32,624 nucleotides of DNA from Candidatus Poseidoniales archaeon (lineage in GTDB: Archaea > Thermoplasmatota > Poseidoniia > MGIII > CG-Epi1): the NCBI GenBank assembly GCA_045567855.1, contig JBJLCC010000037.1:1-32624 (forward strand), read 5' to 3'. Within the stretch, counting starts at the first letter, position 1. Every line of letters begins with the position of its first letter. A program made the position numbers and the translations under genes. Positions 29,581 through 32,624 of the stretch are shown piece by piece. The notes under the pieces are model-generated. The model ran no database searches. It was not told the origin of the DNA and was given only the letters and a program-made list of their open reading frames with translations.

Positions 29581-30084
29581 ATGGCAAAGAAAAATCCAGC
29601 ACATATGTTTCGCGGAAAGAAGAGAGCTTACACACGCAAGGAATATATTGGCGGTGTTCCAGCTAGTCGCATAACACAGTTTGATGTTGGCGATAAAGTT
29701 GCAGATTTTTCAGTAGAAGTCACACTTTCAGCTAAAGAAGAATGCCTTGTGAGACATAATGCACTTGAGTCTGCAAGAGTTACAGCTAATCGTTACATAC
29801 AGACCCATGCAGGTAGAGATGGTTATCATCTCAAGGTACGTACTTATCCTCACCACGTTTTAAGACATAATAAAATTGCTCAAGGTGCAGGAGCGGATCG
29901 TGTTTCTATGGGTATGCGAAAGTCTTTCGGAAGAACAGTGGGTACTGCCGCTAGAGTCAAGTCCGGTCAAAAATTAATCACGCTTAGAACTTCTAATGAG
30001 TTTACTTCTGAAGCAAAAGAGGCTCTGCGCAAATCCTCCCATAAGCTTCCAACGCCTTGTAATATTGTGGTCAACCAAAAATAA
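29581..30084 (+). CDS. rpl10e: 50S ribosomal protein uL16 (L10e)
   Basis: AYTRKEYIGGVP, HNALESAR, YPHHVLR.NK...GAGADRVS.GMR.SFG, KLPTPC. Confidence 0.96.
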   Translation: MAKKNPAHMFRGKKRAYTRKEYIGGVPASRITQFDVGDKVADFSVEVTLSAKEECLVRHNALESARVTANRYIQTHAGRDGYHLKVRTYPHHVLRHNKIAQGAGADRVSMGMRKSFGRTVGTAARVKSGQKLITLRTSNEFTSEAKEALRKSSHKLPTPCNIVVNQK

Positions 30085-30335
30085 TGGCTGAATTAGTTAA
30101 AAAATTAAAATTACCGAAGCCAGATGGATTTCTTTATTTTGTAGAAGATGATTGTTCAGTTTGGAAGCATAAAGGAGGACATAAAGAATTGATTTCAGAG
30201 GGTTCAAGTGAAAGAGAGAAAGGTTATCTTTATTTTATTGATGTGAATGGCAATTTGGCACGAAGAATTAATCCCCAGGAACGAGATGTTGAAACTAAAG
30301 AATTATTTAAGCCAGGAACACAAACTGTCAAGTAA
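30084..30335 (+). CDS. Small hypothetical protein with a duplicated G(F/Y)LYF(V/I)(E/D) motif
   Basis: 83 aa; TAATG-coupled to rpl10e; internal repeat KPDGFLYFVEDD / REKGYLYFIDVN. Confidence 0.75.
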   Translation: MAELVKKLKLPKPDGFLYFVEDDCSVWKHKGGHKELISEGSSEREKGYLYFIDVNGNLARRINPQERDVETKELFKPGTQTVK

Positions 30336-30336
30336 T

Positions 30337-31035
30337 TCACCAAAACTTCCACCATGATTTTTTCATTGTAACTGTATCGTTTTCCATTTTTTTAGCCAGG
30401 TTAGGATTAACTTCAGACATTGCTTTCATTATTACCATATCCAAACTACGATATGCTATTTTTCCTGCAGGAGTAATACTCATTAGTTTTTGAAGTGTTT
30501 GTGTAGGAATCTCACTAACTAAATTGAGTCTGTCCTGGTCAAATTCAATGTTTGCTGAAGCTTCAATATCTTCCCCTGTAGCGTTTGATAAAAGACTAGA
30601 CAGATTAGTTTCGTTATCTTTTTCTTTTTCTCTGAACCATGTTGCAAAGCCAGATACAAAGACATATTCACTTATTACCCACTCGGATAAGCTTTTTAAC
30701 TCGAAATCTCGCTGAACCATTCCATTTTCATTCCAATATTTAGTTATATGAGTAATAAATTTTTTTTTAACAACTTCTTTCAGTATTTTAACTTCAGATT
30801 TACTTATTTTGATATTTTTGGCCATATCTTCGCTTATCCAGTCAGTTTTGCAACTAATGCGTAGCTCTTTATCCGTATTTTTTACAAAATATTTATCATA
30901 TTTGGGAATAGAAATAATGGTGGAAATATTATCTGCAGTTAGTCCGCTTTTTGATATACATTCTTCAATAGTTGGCTTTGAATCCAATATTGACAAAAAT
31001 AGTAATCCTAGGTTCTTTTCATTATTACTAATCAA
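30337..31035 (-). CDS. Hypothetical protein ending in KKSWWKFW
   Basis: 232-aa ORF overlapping the ipk stop by 4 nt; no family recognised. Confidence 0.7.
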   Translation of the reverse strand: MISNNEKNLGLLFLSILDSKPTIEECISKSGLTADNISTIISIPKYDKYFVKNTDKELRISCKTDWISEDMAKNIKISKSEVKILKEVVKKKFITHITKYWNENGMVQRDFELKSLSEWVISEYVFVSGFATWFREKEKDNETNLSSLLSNATGEDIEASANIEFDQDRLNLVSEIPTQTLQKLMSITPAGKIAYRSLDMVIMKAMSEVNPNLAKKMENDTVTMKKSWWKFW

Positions 31036-31811
31036 TAAATCACTCTTGTCCCTTTCGGCATATCGTTAATGCAGTTACCTAGATGATTTAGGCCACTTAT
31101 CCAGCATTCACTTTCCCTTGAAATCTCTAGTGCACATCTAATTTTGTTAAGCAGTCCTCCAGTTACATCAGGCCTATTGTCTTGACGCTGTATGGATACT
31201 TTCTCTATAAATTTTGAGTTAATCTCATCATATATCTCAAGTTCTTCTGAGTCCAAGTTTCCTTTGACTACACCCGGATAATCCATGACAAAAAAGGTTC
31301 TTTTAGGTTTGTACAATTTAGCTAATTTAAGCAATATAGTGTCTCCACTAAGTATCCGTACATCTTTTTCTTTTGTATCAACTATGTCACCAAATGTTAC
31401 AGGTATTTTTCCATCTGAAAGAATTTTATCAAATTTATATTTAGGAAAATCTAAAGGTTCATTTTCATTGCTTATCTTCATAGATAGTGAGGGGATAATA
31501 CTTTCACAATTGAGGCCTGTCTTAATTATAGCTTCACACAATATTTGGTTCAAATCTCTCATTTGCTTTCTAGCTTTTATGATGGCCTCTTTTTGTTCAT
31601 CAGTACCATCAAAACCGTTATCAATTTTATATTTTTTAGCAAGAGGATGAGCATACGATCCAGCGCCATGTACTATAATAATTTTTTTACTAGATTTGGA
31701 AATAATCTCAGCTATTTTATTTATGTTTTTTTTACGGCATTTTGGAGTTTGACTTTCTTTATCAGTAATTAGTGAACCTCCTAATTTCATCAAAATGAGA
31801 TCATTTGCCAT
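31032..31811 (-). CDS. ipk: Isopentenyl phosphate kinase (amino acid kinase family; archaeal mevalonate pathway)
   Basis: KLGGSLITDK, VHGAGSYAH (IPK His motif), PV.FGD, ILSGD, DVTGG...K. Confidence 0.88.
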   Translation of the reverse strand: MANDLILMKLGGSLITDKESQTPKCRKKNINKIAEIISKSSKKIIIVHGAGSYAHPLAKKYKIDNGFDGTDEQKEAIIKARKQMRDLNQILCEAIIKTGLNCESIIPSLSMKISNENEPLDFPKYKFDKILSDGKIPVTFGDIVDTKEKDVRILSGDTILLKLAKLYKPKRTFFVMDYPGVVKGNLDSEELEIYDEINSKFIEKVSIQRQDNRPDVTGGLLNKIRCALEISRESECWISGLNHLGNCINDMPKGTRVIY

Positions 31812-31877
31812 GACATTCTATAGGTTGGCACACAAAAAGGTACAGTGCGCAATTATATAGGGAATTTTGTAGCAGTT

Positions 31878-32624
31878 GTGGATAACAAAATTAAACTTGC
31901 TTTATTAGGTGCATTTTGCTATAATTTGACCCAAGGACTTTCTTTTACTTTAATAAGACTTCAAGCCAATTTTTTGGGAGATTTTCGTACATTGGGATTA
32001 GTCGTAGGCTTACCAAACTTCGCTTTGGTCGCAGGTTCAGCTTTCTGGGGGTACATTGCTGATAAATGGAGAAGTAGGAAAAATGTAGTGGTTCTTTGTT
32101 CCTTAGTTACTGCTTTGTTGTATCTTCCTATACCTTGGTTGGGCCCACTGGGATTGGTATTAGTTCGCACACTTCAGTCATTTTTTCTCGGAGGTATGGT
32201 CCAGATTGCCACCATGTTTTCAGAATTAGATTCCTCTGCCAGGGGTTCGTTTATGGGGAGATTGGAATCTGTTTTAGGCTTGGGATGGGGAGTAGGGGCT
32301 TTTGTTGGTGCCTATCTCGTCAGCGAGAATGAGTATGGTTTAGGAAGTGGACCGGTAGTATTTTCCTTTTTTTTTACGGCTTTTTTAGGATTAATTTCTG
32401 TAATTGGCTATATGTCCTCTACTGAGAGAAAAAGAGAAATAGTAAATATTCATGATGATTTTCTTTTTTATTTTAAAAAATTATCTAGATTGTTTATAAT
32501 TACGTTTATTTTATTCATGGGTTATATATTTTTCTTAACAATCTCTCCAGTTTATCTAACAGCCATTGCAGGATCAAGTAATAGAATGGGTTGGATTGTT
32601 TTGTGTAGTGGACTTATACATGCT
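31878..32624 (+). CDS. MFS transporter, truncated by the window end (absent from the ORF track)
   Basis: GTG at 31878, then (M)DNKIKLALLGAFCYNLTQGLSF...FWGYIADKWRSRK (MFS motif A)...LVRTLQS...ARGSFMG; frame open to the window end. Confidence 0.85.
   Translation, partial: MDNKIKLALLGAFCYNLTQGLSFTLIRLQANFLGDFRTLGLVVGLPNFALVAGSAFWGYIADKWRSRKNVVVLCSLVTALLYLPIPWLGPLGLVLVRTLQSFFLGGMVQIATMFSELDSSARGSFMGRLESVLGLGWGVGAFVGAYLVSENEYGLGSGPVVFSFFFTAFLGLISVIGYMSSTERKREIVNIHDDFLFYFKKLSRLFIITFILFMGYIFFLTISPVYLTAIAGSSNRMGWIVLCSGLIHA

Noticed and set aside
32367-32375. T9 homopolymer inside the MFS gene as a phase-variation tract
   Set aside because: In frame, encodes Phe-Phe-Phe in a TM helix; such runs are expected at this AT content.
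1-32624. CRISPR arrays, tRNA/rRNA genes, transposases/integrases, defence systems, inteins
   Set aside because: No repeat-spacer pattern, cloverleaf, recombinase/nuclease motif or oversize insertion seen by eye; intergenic gaps are short apart from those described.

Overview
Gene-dense, AT-rich archaeal chromosomal segment. Archaeal markers (TFB, Gar1, uL16/L10e, DtdA, Nog1 GTPase, isopentenyl phosphate kinase, TATA boxes about 27 nt upstream of start codons) sit beside bacterial-type metabolic genes. This mix suggests marine Thermoplasmatota (Marine Group II/III-like; inference). Contents in order: a 1758-aa C-terminally anchored surface protein, a tRNA thiolase, a tandem-RHH regulator plus ftsZ, a NUDIX hydrolase, a membrane-anchored FKBP, proline dehydrogenase, icd, nog1, a five-gene purine salvage cluster (NCS2 permease-apt-hpt-guaC-guaB), dtdA-hutU, a mycobacterial Sdh1-like succinate dehydrogenase, an Asp-box lipoprotein, tfb-gar1-truA-sucDC, rpl10e, two hypotheticals, ipk and a truncated MFS transporter. 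No CRISPR, tRNA/rRNA or mobile element was seen. The strongest unexplained signal is the 300-bp hutU-sdhB gap. It holds a 76% GC hairpin with a C-rich anti-Shine-Dalgarno-like loop, flanked by a BRE/TATA-like element and a T-run (candidate sRNA). Directly after it is an unannotated 47-aa, 7-Cys microprotein ORF.
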